This document shows positions 48,739 through 58,753 of a DNA stretch of 64,000 bases, piece by piece (within the stretch, counting starts at the first letter, position 1; the number at the start of each line of letters is the position of its first letter). Source of the stretch: an uncultured Bacteroidota bacterium (GTDB taxonomy: Bacteria > Bacteroidota > Bacteroidia > Bacteroidales > GCA-2748055); assembly GCA_963735755.1 (NCBI GenBank), contig CAVTME010000005.1, positions 49,585 through 113,584 of the forward strand, given 5' to 3'. The notes beneath the pieces were generated by a model. That model had not been told where the DNA came from, made no database searches, and was given only the letters and a program-made list of their open reading frames with translations. The translations under genes and the position numbers were made by a program.

Positions 48739-49782
48739 ATGAAAAGAAGAAATTTTATTCAGCAATCCGCCGTTGCCGGGGCACTCCTAACACCCGGATC
48801 AGCTACATTGTTGGCAAACAGCAAGGCCAGTGACAATTCTGACGTGCCAGGTAAAGTGAAAAATGCCATGCTCAGCATGCAAAGGGCCTCCTGGGAACAG
48901 GGGATTGCTGCGCAGGCAATCCTGGAGATGGGTGATGCCGATATGGCCTATCTGATGGCCAAAGAAGCAGCCCTGCGGCAAACAAAGGAGGGGCGGCTCT
49001 CTGTTTTATACACTGACAATGGCGTGACCGATCCTGCTGCTTCAGGCGAAGTTGTGTTTCGAATGGCAGAAAAGAGCGGAGATCCGGAACTTGCAGAAGC
49101 ACATCAGAAGATGGTAGCTTACCTGCTCAAGGAAGCCCCCAGGACAGACGATGGTACACTTCACCACACCCTGAATTCTCCCGAGATTTGGATTGACTCC
49201 ATCTATATGGCACCTCCCTATTTATGCGTGGCGGGGCATCCGAAGGAGTGCATCCGGCAGATTGAAGGTATTCGGAAGCTTCTATATGATCCGGATAAGA
49301 ATCTGTATTCTCATCAATGGCACGATGGAAATAAAGCATTGATCAGGAAGGACTATTGGGGTGTGGGGAATGGCTGGGCAATGGCCAGCATGGCGCGTGT
49401 GATTGATGATCTACCTGCTGAAATGAAAGCTGAGAAAAATCTTCTGGAGGATTATGCAAGGAAAAACATCGATGGGTGTTTGCCCTTTCTGCGTACAGAC
49501 GGACTGTTTCACGATGTGATTGATGATGGTGATTCCTTTATAGAAACCAACCTGTCACAAATGATGGCCTATGCCATATTCAGGGGTATTAAATCAGGAT
49601 GGTTGTCAGATGATTACCTTACTGTTGCCCTCAGGATGAGACAGGCAGCACATTCCATGGTGGATGAGCATGGATTTGTCCAGGGGGTATGCGGGGCACC
49701 CTTTTTTAACAGCCCGGGCAGGGCCACCGAAGGTCAGGCCTTCTTCCTGTTGATGGAAGCGGCCCATGCAAGGCTTTCTTAA
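48739..49782 (+). CDS. Tat-signal glycosyl hydrolase family 88/105 (unsaturated glucuronyl/rhamnogalacturonyl hydrolase-like)
   Basis: MKRRNFIQQSAVAGALLTPGSATLLA (twin-arginine). WIDSIYMAPPYL and YWGVGNGWAM motifs typical of GH88/GH105. Confidence 0.7.
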   Translation: MKRRNFIQQSAVAGALLTPGSATLLANSKASDNSDVPGKVKNAMLSMQRASWEQGIAAQAILEMGDADMAYLMAKEAALRQTKEGRLSVLYTDNGVTDPAASGEVVFRMAEKSGDPELAEAHQKMVAYLLKEAPRTDDGTLHHTLNSPEIWIDSIYMAPPYLCVAGHPKECIRQIEGIRKLLYDPDKNLYSHQWHDGNKALIRKDYWGVGNGWAMASMARVIDDLPAEMKAEKNLLEDYARKNIDGCLPFLRTDGLFHDVIDDGDSFIETNLSQMMAYAIFRGIKSGWLSDDYLTVALRMRQAAHSMVDEHGFVQGVCGAPFFNSPGRATEGQAFFLLMEAAHARLS

Positions 49783-49837
49783 TCTTCAGAGGATTTTTGT
49801 ATCTTCCTAAAGGAAAAAACATAAATCTCCCGAAGTC

Positions 49838-51205
49838 ATGAACAACAGAAGAGATTTATTAAAAGCATTGGCCCTGCTTCCTCTTGCGGCCTGTACCCGG
49901 ACTGTCGAATAACAGTGCCATTCCGGATCCCAGTCAAACCAGTCCCTCTCCCGTGGGCTGGCAACCGGACGGCAAGGAGCTCAACCTGCAGAAGGTTAAA
50001 ATAAAAAAGGTAAAGGCCATTGCTACTGCTCCCTATGGGATTGAACTGGTGATCGTCAAAGTGGAAACAGACCAGCCCGGACTTTATGGCATCGGATGTG
50101 CGACCTTCAGGCAAAGGGCCCATGCAGTTGCATCTGCCATAGATGATTACCTGGATGATTTTTGCAGGGACAAGGATGTGAGCAATATTGAGGATATCTG
50201 GCAGACGGCCTACGTAAGTTCCTACTGGCGGAACGGACCGGTTCTGAACAATGCCCTCAGCGGATTGGACCAGGCCCTTTGGGATATTAAAGGCAAGATG
50301 GCCGGTATGCCGGTTTACCAGTTGCTGGGAGGAAAGACACGTTTTGCAGTGGATACCTATACCCATGCTTCCGGTCCCACTCCGGAGGCAGTCATGGATG
50401 CAGTGCGAAAGGTACAGGGAGCAGGGATTCAGGCATATCCGTATCCAGCTGGGGGGATATGGTTCCACCCATTTGACAGATGAACCGGATTACAAGCAAT
50501 ATGGCTTCGGGCATCCCGATGATAATACCCTGGATCCGCAGGCATATAAAAGAGGGGTGGTCAGGATGTTCAAGATGGCCCGGAAAAAGTTTGGGGATGA
50601 AATTGAATTCCTCCATGATATGCATGAGCGCATCGAGCCCATGGATGCCATCGATTTGATTAAAAAGCTGGAAGAGTACAGGCCTTTCTTCATTGAAGAT
50701 CCCTTTTCACCGGAGAATATGGGCTGGTTTAAGATGTTGCGCCAGCAAACTGCTGTCCCCATTGCCATGGGTGAATTGTTTAACAATCCCCATGAATGGG
50801 TTGAGCCCATGAGCCAGAGAATGTATGATTTTATTCGCATCCATATTTCCCAGATAGGGGGGATCACGCCTGCCATGAAGGTGGCCAGGCTGGGAGAGTG
50901 GTTCAATGTAAGAACAGCCTGGCATGGTCCGGGAGATACTTCCCCTGTGGGTCATGCGGCCAATGCACATATCGATCTGGCTGTCTGGAATTTTGGAATT
51001 CAGGAAGGGAAGCATTTCAATGAACTCACCCATGAAATATTCCCGGGAACACCCACCATTGAGAATGGCTATATGTTTGTGAATGAAGCACCCGGACTGG
51101 GAATAGACATTGACGAGGAGAAGGCAAAAAAATATCCCCTGCCTCAGGTTTAATTACAACTGGACCCAGGTCAGAAAGGCCGATGGTACGCCGGTCAGAC
51201 CCTGA
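49838..51205 (+). pseudogene. Tat-signal enolase-superfamily enzyme of the D-mannonate dehydratase (ManD/RspA) subgroup, 3 frame changes
   Basis: MNNRRDLLKALALLPLAA (twin-arginine). Then KIKKVKAIATAPYGIELVIVKVETDQPGLYGIGCATF...ALWDIKGKMAGMPVYQLLGG, ...EQGFRHIRIQLGG..., LHDMHERI..., FIEDP..., the metal/acid-base region, and ends FNYNWTQVRKADGTPVRP in a third frame (stop 51203-51205). Confidence 0.75.
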
Positions 51206-51244
51206 TGTTAGAACATAAGTAGATCAAATTAAAATAATAGGAAC

Positions 51245-52268
51245 ATGAAAAACAGAAGAGATTTTATTAAAACATCTGCAGTTCTGGGGGTTTTCGGCAT
51301 GTTGCATCAATGGGCCTCTGCCATTCCGTTGACGGATACACACGGAAGCATTCTGCCTCAGCGCCGGCTGATCAGGAATGGCGAGAAGGTCACCGCATTC
51401 GGCCTGGGAGGCTGGCATGTGGGGGATGCCGGTAGTCCGGCTAAATCAGAAAAAATGGTTGAGATGTCCATGGACATGGGCGTAAGGTTTTATGATACAG
51501 CGCGGGTCTACCAGAATGGTGGATCGGAGGAGTTACTGGGAAGTATTTGGTACCCAAATACCGGGACAAGGTATTCCTGATGACCAAGAGCCATGCAAGG
51601 ACCGGAGAGGATGCAAAAAAGCACCTGGAGCTTTCACTGAAGGCACTGAAAACGGAGCAGGTTGACCTGTGGCAGATACATACCATCTATACCCCGGAAG
51701 ATGTGGATCAGCGCATCAAAGACGGGGTACTGGATGTATTCCTGGAGGCAAAAGAGAAAGGAAGACCCGCTACATTGGTTTTACAGGTCACAGAAGTCCG
51801 GTTACCATGCTGTATTTTCTGAAACGACTGGATGAGCTTGGGCGTGGAACTGGATACCTGCCAGATGCCATTGAATGTGCTTGATCCCAGCTTTGAATCC
51901 TTCCAGAAAAATGTACTGCCGGTGCTTCTTGAGAAAGAGTACGGAGTCATTGCCATGAAAACCATGAGTGGTGGCAGCATGATGGGAGAACGCATCGATA
52001 CCACACCCAAAGAGATCACCACAGATATGATCCCCGATATGGTCAAGGAGACCGGGATCTCCCCGGCAGAACTGCATCAATATGTATATACATTGCCTGT
52101 TTCATACCCTGGTAAGTGGAAGCGACAACATGGAACAGCTGGAGCATAACATCGGGGTACTTCAGAACTTCAAGAAACTGAGCGAGTCAGACATGCAAAG
52201 GCTGGTGAAAACTTACCAAACCCTATGCCGGACTGATCGTTGAGAATTACAAGCGGGTTTTGAGCTGA
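51245..52268 (+). pseudogene. Tat-signal aldo/keto reductase, about 5 frame changes
   Basis: MKNRRDFIKTSAVLGVFGMLHQWASA (twin-arginine). AKR motifs GLGGWHVG, FYDTARVYQNGGSEELLG, DLWQIH, TRYIGFTGH, GVIAMKTMSGG. The C-terminus AGLIVENYKRVLS ends at 52268. Fragments are ORFs 51245.., 51547.., 51669.., 51832.. plus unlisted frames. Confidence 0.75.
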
Positions 52269-52313
52269 TACAAAGACCAGGCAGATATAACAGTTTCAAA
52301 TTTTAAAGAATAC

Positions 52314-53420
52314 ATGAAAAAAGGGATTTTTTCCTTGGTGTGGCTTTTTGCATTGATCGCATTAAACAGTGCACAGGATAAGCAGGCAGACGGTTCTGCC
52401 CTGATCGATCCAGGGCTTAACGAAATACAGAACCAATTTCTTAATAAACAGGCAGAGGCGCTGCTTACCCAGGCCAATGGGGTATTTGTCAATCACCCGC
52501 CCAACTGGCCTGAACCTCCTTCCAGGAAAAGTGCACTGTTATTGCTTGATGGAGTCTTGCACGATGTGTATGCTCCACAGAGGCCTCCTGTTCAGCATTT
52601 TTTTAAGACGCGAATCAAGGAGGCCATTGATGACATTGAACAGAGCGTAATCACTGATGGTGCCCGCATATGGAAACTGTATAACCATGGATTCCTGGTT
52701 CGGACCAGATCTGTTACCATAGGATTTGACCTGGTACGTGGAGAATCGGTGGGAGTTGAAGATTTTGCCATTGCACATGATGATATGAAAAGGCTTATTG
52801 ATCTCTGCGATGTGCTGTTTATCAGCCATTACCATGCTGACCATGCGGAAACATGGGTAGCACAGACTTTTATCGACCAGGGAAAGCCTGTCATCGCTCC
52901 GCCGGATGTCTGGAAGGATGAGCAAATCTATTCGTCCATCACGCATCTGGAAAGAAGGGCTCACAGCGAACAGACCCTTCCTGTCCAGGGTGGTGAGCGG
53001 CAATTGAAGGTGGTGGTGTATCCAGGGCACCAGAGCACCCAAATTGTAAACAACGTAACGCTGGTGATCACGCCTGAAGGGCTTTCATTTTCTCAAATGG
53101 GAGATCAGTCCAATGACGATGACTTTGAATGGATCGATGAGGTTGGCAAACACCACGAGGTGGATGTCCTTATGCCCAACTGCTGGACCACAGACATCGT
53201 CAGGGTGGCCAAAGGATTTAATCCGGCGGTGATTATCACCGGACATGAAAATGAGATGGGACATACCATCGATCATCGGGAACCCTACTGGCTCACTTAC
53301 CAGAGGCGAGAAGGATCAGACAGATTTGGCGGAAGCCGGGATGTTGGTTATACATATCCCCTGGTTCTGATGACCTGGGGGGAGTCATATCATTATAGCA
53401 GGGCGGAATATCGCAGATAA
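52314..53420 (+). CDS. Secreted MBL-fold metallo-hydrolase
   Basis: Signal peptide MKKGIFSLVWLFALIALNSAQ. HYHADH (HxHxDH) motif. Intact, 368 aa. Confidence 0.65.
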   Translation: MKKGIFSLVWLFALIALNSAQDKQADGSALIDPGLNEIQNQFLNKQAEALLTQANGVFVNHPPNWPEPPSRKSALLLLDGVLHDVYAPQRPPVQHFFKTRIKEAIDDIEQSVITDGARIWKLYNHGFLVRTRSVTIGFDLVRGESVGVEDFAIAHDDMKRLIDLCDVLFISHYHADHAETWVAQTFIDQGKPVIAPPDVWKDEQIYSSITHLERRAHSEQTLPVQGGERQLKVVVYPGHQSTQIVNNVTLVITPEGLSFSQMGDQSNDDDFEWIDEVGKHHEVDVLMPNCWTTDIVRVAKGFNPAVIITGHENEMGHTIDHREPYWLTYQRREGSDRFGGSRDVGYTYPLVLMTWGESYHYSRAEYRR

Positions 53421-53458
53421 GTTGTTCAATGTAGTCTATCGGGCAAAAATTCCCTTTT

Positions 53459-54523
53459 TTATCTGACTGCGTTAAAAACATCATTCATGATGATGGAAAG
53501 GGTATTCATCCATTGCTGACCCGGCTCATGATAGTCGTTGTTCAATTCACTCTGGGCAACGACCACCATACTCCATTCAGGGAAAATACAGATGAACTGG
53601 CCCCCAAAGCCATTCGCGAAATAATACTGAACGCCATGTTGTTCACCTATCCACCAGTAATAGCCATAATTACTGGCGTAATGCATCACATTATGGGTAT
53701 TTATTTGCGGAGCGCTTGAGTTCGCTACCCACGTTTCGGCTACAATCTGCTGACCATCATTGGCTCCCTTATTTAAATAGAGTTTTCCAATTTTCAGCAT
53801 GTCCACTGCTTTCAGTTTTAATGTTACCCCGCCATAGTTAAAGCCGTGCTGGTCTGATCCCCAGGGCCTGTCCCCTTCAATCCCCAGTGGTTCAAACAGG
53901 AACTCCTCGGCATATGCTTTCATGGAATACCCGGTAGCTGTGGTGAAAATTCCGGACATGATCTGGCATCCTGTGGTGCAATAGGTAAATTGAGTTCCCG
54001 GATCGTGTATAATGGGAACGTGCAAGGCATGCAGAAAGTGATCATCGGATCGTACCCATTCGTTCCAGTAGATCCAGTCCGGGTCTGTCAGTTCGTTCCA
54101 GTCAAAACCTCCGGACATGGTCAGTAATTCCCTGATGCTTACCTTGGCGACTACCGAATCTGCCGGGGTCAGGTATTCAGAGAGGTAATCCTCCACCGTC
54201 TCATCGATGCTCTGTATATAGCCTTGATCTATGGCCATCCCAACCAGGATACTTGTGACACTTTTGGTCACAGATTTCACTCTGTGGAGCGAGTCAGCAC
54301 CTCCGTTCCCGAAATAAGATTCCACAATGATGTTTTTGTTCCTGTAAATAATCAGGCTTAAAATACCCCTGTCCTGTTCAGCTTTTTGAACTGCTTCAAA
54401 AAGGAGTTGGTCATCAATGTTATTGATTTCTGCTTTGGGGTAGTGGACAACAGGGTCCTCTTTGTTGCATGAAATGTTCAAGCAAAAAAGCAGGACCAGG
54501 AGGAAAACAGGAAAGCCTTTCAT
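53459..54523 (-). CDS. Serine hydrolase / class C beta-lactamase-family lipoprotein
   Basis: Start at MKGFPVFLLVLLFCLNISC. SxxK motif SVTKS. Typical beta-lactamase-fold length. Confidence 0.7.
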   Translation of the reverse strand: MKGFPVFLLVLLFCLNISCNKEDPVVHYPKAEINNIDDQLLFEAVQKAEQDRGILSLIIYRNKNIIVESYFGNGGADSLHRVKSVTKSVTSILVGMAIDQGYIQSIDETVEDYLSEYLTPADSVVAKVSIRELLTMSGGFDWNELTDPDWIYWNEWVRSDDHFLHALHVPIIHDPGTQFTYCTTGCQIMSGIFTTATGYSMKAYAEEFLFEPLGIEGDRPWGSDQHGFNYGGVTLKLKAVDMLKIGKLYLNKGANDGQQIVAETWVANSSAPQINTHNVMHYASNYGYYWWIGEQHGVQYYFANGFGGQFICIFPEWSMVVVAQSELNNDYHEPGQQWMNTLSIIMNDVFNAVR

Positions 54524-54556
54524 TATACCATATAGATGCATTCCCGCAGCAATACC

Positions 54557-57500
54557 CTATTGTAGCTTGATTAAGGTTCCGGACTCCAGGATAGACTCTC
54601 CTTTTATCCTGTAAATTAGCACCTTATTGAGTCCGGAATGGATGTTGCCCAGATTGCATACGATCCTGTTGAAGCCCTGTTCGACCTGTCCCTCATACGC
54701 AGTCCCGAGCATTCGGCCGTAAAGATCATATATTTCGATTTGTATATGCTGTGCTTTGCCCGGTTGGATGCTGAAGTTGACCTCGCTTATGAAAGGGTTT
54801 GGATAAACCTGTACTTCATTTTCGGCAAAGGCATAGGTGGCCTCAGCGGTGGTCCATACATTTTCAGCCCCGGGGGTACCCCCGGCATGGACTGAGGAAC
54901 TCCAGGAGCCCGGTTCAGAATTGTCCAGGTCCGGGGAAATCAGTGAAAGGGAAGGACCTGAACCATCGGCCATGGTGGGCCATGGTGGCGTATTCTGATA
55001 AGAGACCTGATCCACCAGGTTTTTTTGTGGGTCAAACAGTCTGATGCTTTCTTCCATGTGATTAAAACCAAAGTTAAAATCACCAGCATAATCTGTTACC
55101 TGCGGAAAGAACTGAAGCAAATCGGAATTTTCCTGGCAAAGCACCAGGTAGCCATCCGGTTGAATGACAGTATTCTTGGGTATTTTAAATGAATTACCCT
55201 CCTGGGAGTCTTTGAGCACCCATGCGGACAGGTCCACTGGAAAATCAAAGCCATTGTATAATTCCACCCAGTCGCCTGTGTTTATGGATGGAGCAGGGTT
55301 GTAGCATACCTCGTTGATCACAATGTTGTTGATGGCCCCCGGGTCCTCAATAAGATTCATCCGTATGGTCAGGTCCCCGGTCAGGCTCACCTCGATGGTC
55401 GGTTTTGATCTGTCACCGTCCACGCCACTCCATCCTGCAAATTTGTAGCCTGGTAGGGGAAGAGCAGAAAGCCTGATGGGTACACCGGCCGGGTAGCTGC
55501 CTGTCCAGCCCGAATTTTCAATCTGCACCGAATTTAAGCCCACTTTACCAGCTCCTTCCCTATTAAAATTCACCGTGATTGTGTGCCAGGCGGAAAGACC
55601 AAAATAGTCCTTCAGCTGGATCTTCAGGTACTCGGGCCGGAGACTGGAAAAGGCAGATATCTCTGAAATATTGGATTCCCACTGGTCTATGCTGGTGAGC
55701 GAAGCGCCGTAAGAACCCCACAGGGAGATATGTTTCTCCATCTCGGAGCGCAACTGATCCTTGAATTGCAGAATTTCATTCTCCATGTTCGAAGGACGAA
55801 ACATCGTATTCATCAGGTCCGATATTTTATTTAGAAAGCGGTATTTGAACCCTTCATTTTCAAGCAGGTTTCTGAAGATGATGGTGGTATAATCCGGATT
55901 GGGCCAGCTTGTGCCACCCACCAGGGTAGATTGGGATATGGTGTTGTGGGATGTGCGAATCAGGCAATTATCCAGATCATACATGATCCACCGCCACTTG
56001 CTTTCGGGATTGTTGGACCTCCAGCACTTGTTATTGTTCCCTGGCCAGTCTTCATTGGCTGCAAACACGTTGATGGCATAATAGTCGATGATGTTCTGAA
56101 TGTCAATCATTGATTCGACTTGCGCATACGCATCTGCCTGGGAAAGGTCATACAAAGCGATGTAGTTTTCCATGTACAAATAATCGTCATCGTCTCCCTC
56201 AATAAGCAGGGGAAAGGATCTCCGCCAGTACCTGCTTATTATATCCACGCTGTCCTTATCCACCCAGGAATGACTGGAGAGGTAATCTTCGTTCAATTTT
56301 GAGCGGATGTTGTGTATTCCCCAGTATTCTCCATTCAGGTAGACAATGCAGTACCTGAAATGCTGTCTTTCCACATCCAGTTTTTTTGCCAGTTGAGAGA
56401 GGAGCGGATCCCTGATCAGGGTCTGCTGCCAATCCTGCCCGGCGTTTCGCAATACAAATGATTTATACTGATCAACCTGTGAGTCAGGAAAGAGCTGATA
56501 GTTCAACGCATCCACTCCATACTTGTCCCGGATCATCACCGCCAGGGACCTTCGCTGGTTGGCACGGCTTCCCCAACCAAAAATTTTTATACCGGCATCG
56601 ATGGAGAAGGCCTGGCTAAAATCGGTCTCATACATTTCGATGTGGGCCGGACGTTCCCAGTCGTTCCAGTAATTTGCAATTCTGTTTCCCTCGTCCGCGT
56701 TATTTCCCGGGGTGTAGATACCAGTTTCTCCATCCCATAGATTTGCAGGGGGCGTGGAAATACAAACCACAGGCAACTGGTGCTCACCCATGATGTAAGT
56801 CCCTGTAAAAACAGGACTTATAAATACTCCGTTTTTATAGGCGCGGGCTTTGATGACAAGGGATTCACTGATTAAAACCGGATCGTTGAACAGGAAAGAA
56901 CCTGGGGACGGGTCGTCTCCATCGAGGGTATAGCGGATCTCTGCCCCGGCAGTTTGAACGGAGAAGCTTAGAGCCATGGCGGAGCCATACAATCCCGGTG
57001 GGAGTGAAGGGGTCACCGCATCTGAAAATGTCGAAAACTGTTGCCCTGAATTCGAACTCAGTGGGGTTGGGGTAACAAAAGTGGTCCACGAATCTGCTCC
57101 ATCGGAGCGGCGTCCCAGGGAAAAATCAGCGATGATATTACTCACATCCCTGTGATCAATGATGCTTCCCCCGGGATTGCTTAAGAAAATACTTTCTCCG
57201 GATTGTTTCAGCTTAAAATTGCTGTGCAGCCAGGCCCCAGGCGGGGTATTTATCTTTCTGTCTTTGCCAGAAACAAAAACCAGTACATGGCCGCCCGAAG
57301 GGATCGATATATCGGGGAAGGTCCATTTCTGCAGGTTGAGTGAATCGTCCGAAAGACCATATCCGGAAAGGTTCATGTCCGAAGGGGTGGGATTATATAT
57401 TTCTACCCAACCCGGGTATTCCCCATCATACACGGATTTACCCAGATCGTTGTACCATTCAGTGCAGTTTTCAACGGGACAGTTGTAGGGGATGATGTCG

Positions 57501-57625
57501 TATTCATCCGGCAGGCCTGTGATATTGGAAGTCACCACTTCATTGATTACTGGTTCTGTTTGAGCAGCACCGCTCAAATGAGGGTACAAAGCCAGGATAA
57601 GAAGCAATGCCGGGATCCTGTTCAT
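54557..57625 (-). CDS. CotH-family protein with two lamin-tail (LTD) domains and T9SS C-terminal sorting domain
   Basis: LTD-like INEVVTSN...GWVEIYNPTPSDMNLSGYGLSDD and INEVCYNPAPSINTGDWVELYNGFDFPVDLSAWVLKD. CotH core ...SFVLRNAGQDW...YLNGEYWGIHNIRSKLNEDYL. C-terminal VQVYPNPFISEVNFSI... (T9SS). Intact, 1022 aa. Confidence 0.75.
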   Translation of the reverse strand: MNRIPALLLILALYPHLSGAAQTEPVINEVVTSNITGLPDEYDIIPYNCPVENCTEWYNDLGKSVYDGEYPGWVEIYNPTPSDMNLSGYGLSDDSLNLQKWTFPDISIPSGGHVLVFVSGKDRKINTPPGAWLHSNFKLKQSGESIFLSNPGGSIIDHRDVSNIIADFSLGRRSDGADSWTTFVTPTPLSSNSGQQFSTFSDAVTPSLPPGLYGSAMALSFSVQTAGAEIRYTLDGDDPSPGSFLFNDPVLISESLVIKARAYKNGVFISPVFTGTYIMGEHQLPVVCISTPPANLWDGETGIYTPGNNADEGNRIANYWNDWERPAHIEMYETDFSQAFSIDAGIKIFGWGSRANQRRSLAVMIRDKYGVDALNYQLFPDSQVDQYKSFVLRNAGQDWQQTLIRDPLLSQLAKKLDVERQHFRYCIVYLNGEYWGIHNIRSKLNEDYLSSHSWVDKDSVDIISRYWRRSFPLLIEGDDDDYLYMENYIALYDLSQADAYAQVESMIDIQNIIDYYAINVFAANEDWPGNNNKCWRSNNPESKWRWIMYDLDNCLIRTSHNTISQSTLVGGTSWPNPDYTTIIFRNLLENEGFKYRFLNKISDLMNTMFRPSNMENEILQFKDQLRSEMEKHISLWGSYGASLTSIDQWESNISEISAFSSLRPEYLKIQLKDYFGLSAWHTITVNFNREGAGKVGLNSVQIENSGWTGSYPAGVPIRLSALPLPGYKFAGWSGVDGDRSKPTIEVSLTGDLTIRMNLIEDPGAINNIVINEVCYNPAPSINTGDWVELYNGFDFPVDLSAWVLKDSQEGNSFKIPKNTVIQPDGYLVLCQENSDLLQFFPQVTDYAGDFNFGFNHMEESIRLFDPQKNLVDQVSYQNTPPWPTMADGSGPSLSLISPDLDNSEPGSWSSSVHAGGTPGAENVWTTAEATYAFAENEVQVYPNPFISEVNFSIQPGKAQHIQIEIYDLYGRMLGTAYEGQVEQGFNRIVCNLGNIHSGLNKVLIYRIKGESILESGTLIKLQ

Positions 57626-57664
57626 CTGGGATTCAGTTCGGTAATCAATGGGGGAATTGCTTTT

Positions 57665-58753
57665 CTAAAACCGGTATGCAGCTTTTTTCAATGCGGGGAC
57701 ATCCTTGATTGGGTTTGGAGGGTCCAGGCTTGCAGCCAGGAACTTGTATATCTTCACCCTTATTTCGTTGGCCTTCTTTGTATCCATCCGGTCAAAGGAG
57801 TGACCTCCGGGGATATCCTGGTAAATCTCATACTCGAACTTTTTGTTCTCGGCTTTGAGTGATTTAATAAGGTGTTCCACTTCCAGCACATTTACATCCG
57901 CATCGTTGGTATTGGTATGAATAAGCAGGGGTACATCCTTCATTTTATGAGCATTCCATGCAGGTGACCGGCGGCGGTACTCTTCCACATTTTCATATGC
58001 CGTCTGGCCGATATGATGCTCGGCTGAGTACAAATCCCTGTAGCCCTGGGTCTTATAGCCCATTCGGGCAATCAGATCGCTCACGGGTACACCGGCAAAT
58101 GCCACCTGGAAATCATCCGGATAATCGAATATGTTCATCAGGGCAATAAGCCCTCCATGACTCCAGCCCATGATTCCCACTCTTTTGGAATCCACCATAT
58201 GGAAATTCTCAATCATATAGTCCCTGCTGGCCTTTACGTCTTCAACCTCGAGTCCGCCATAATCAATTTTTTCATAATGGTCTTTCCCATACCCTGTGCT
58301 GCCGCGATACTCAGCAGCTACAATGATATAACCCTGCGCAACCAGTTCGCGGACGATGTGGGCATAGTAGGTTGAGAAATCCGAATGAACGCCTCCATGG
58401 GGCAATACGATCAGGGGATATTTCTTATCTGGATCGGTGTTCTTGGGAATGATTGTGTAGGTCCAGAACTTCACCGGATTTCCGGCACCCTGGGCCGTAG
58501 GATTCTCTTCCTTCCATAAAGGCGGACCATAGATATAGACCTTGTCCACCCAGGCCACATCTTCAAGTTTCTGGATCCAGAGGATGTCATCAATCTTTTT
58601 TTGGAGTGCATTAAAGGTGTGCTCCATGTTACCAATCTGGCGATTCATGGATTCAATCTGCTCCTGGAGCTCTTCCACCGATTGAGCATGGAGATTGATC
58701 GAAACGATGGCCAAAAGGAGCACCATGCCAGCGCTAAATATTTTCTTTTTCAT
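57665..58753 (-). CDS. S9 (prolyl oligopeptidase/dienelactone hydrolase-type) alpha/beta hydrolase with N-terminal coiled coil
   Basis: Signal peptide. GWSHGG nucleophile motif. PHGGVHSDF...AEYRGSTGYG. Its start overlaps the upstream stop (ATGA at 58750-58753). Confidence 0.7.
   Translation of the reverse strand: MKKKIFSAGMVLLLAIVSINLHAQSVEELQEQIESMNRQIGNMEHTFNALQKKIDDILWIQKLEDVAWVDKVYIYGPPLWKEENPTAQGAGNPVKFWTYTIIPKNTDPDKKYPLIVLPHGGVHSDFSTYYAHIVRELVAQGYIIVAAEYRGSTGYGKDHYEKIDYGGLEVEDVKASRDYMIENFHMVDSKRVGIMGWSHGGLIALMNIFDYPDDFQVAFAGVPVSDLIARMGYKTQGYRDLYSAEHHIGQTAYENVEEYRRRSPAWNAHKMKDVPLLIHTNTNDADVNVLEVEHLIKSLKAENKKFEYEIYQDIPGGHSFDRMDTKKANEIRVKIYKFLAASLDPPNPIKDVPALKKAAYRF

Noticed and set aside
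49836-50468. 210-aa minus-strand ORF opposite the ManD-like gene
   Set aside because: It is an antisense shadow. The plus strand carries unmistakable enolase-superfamily sequence.
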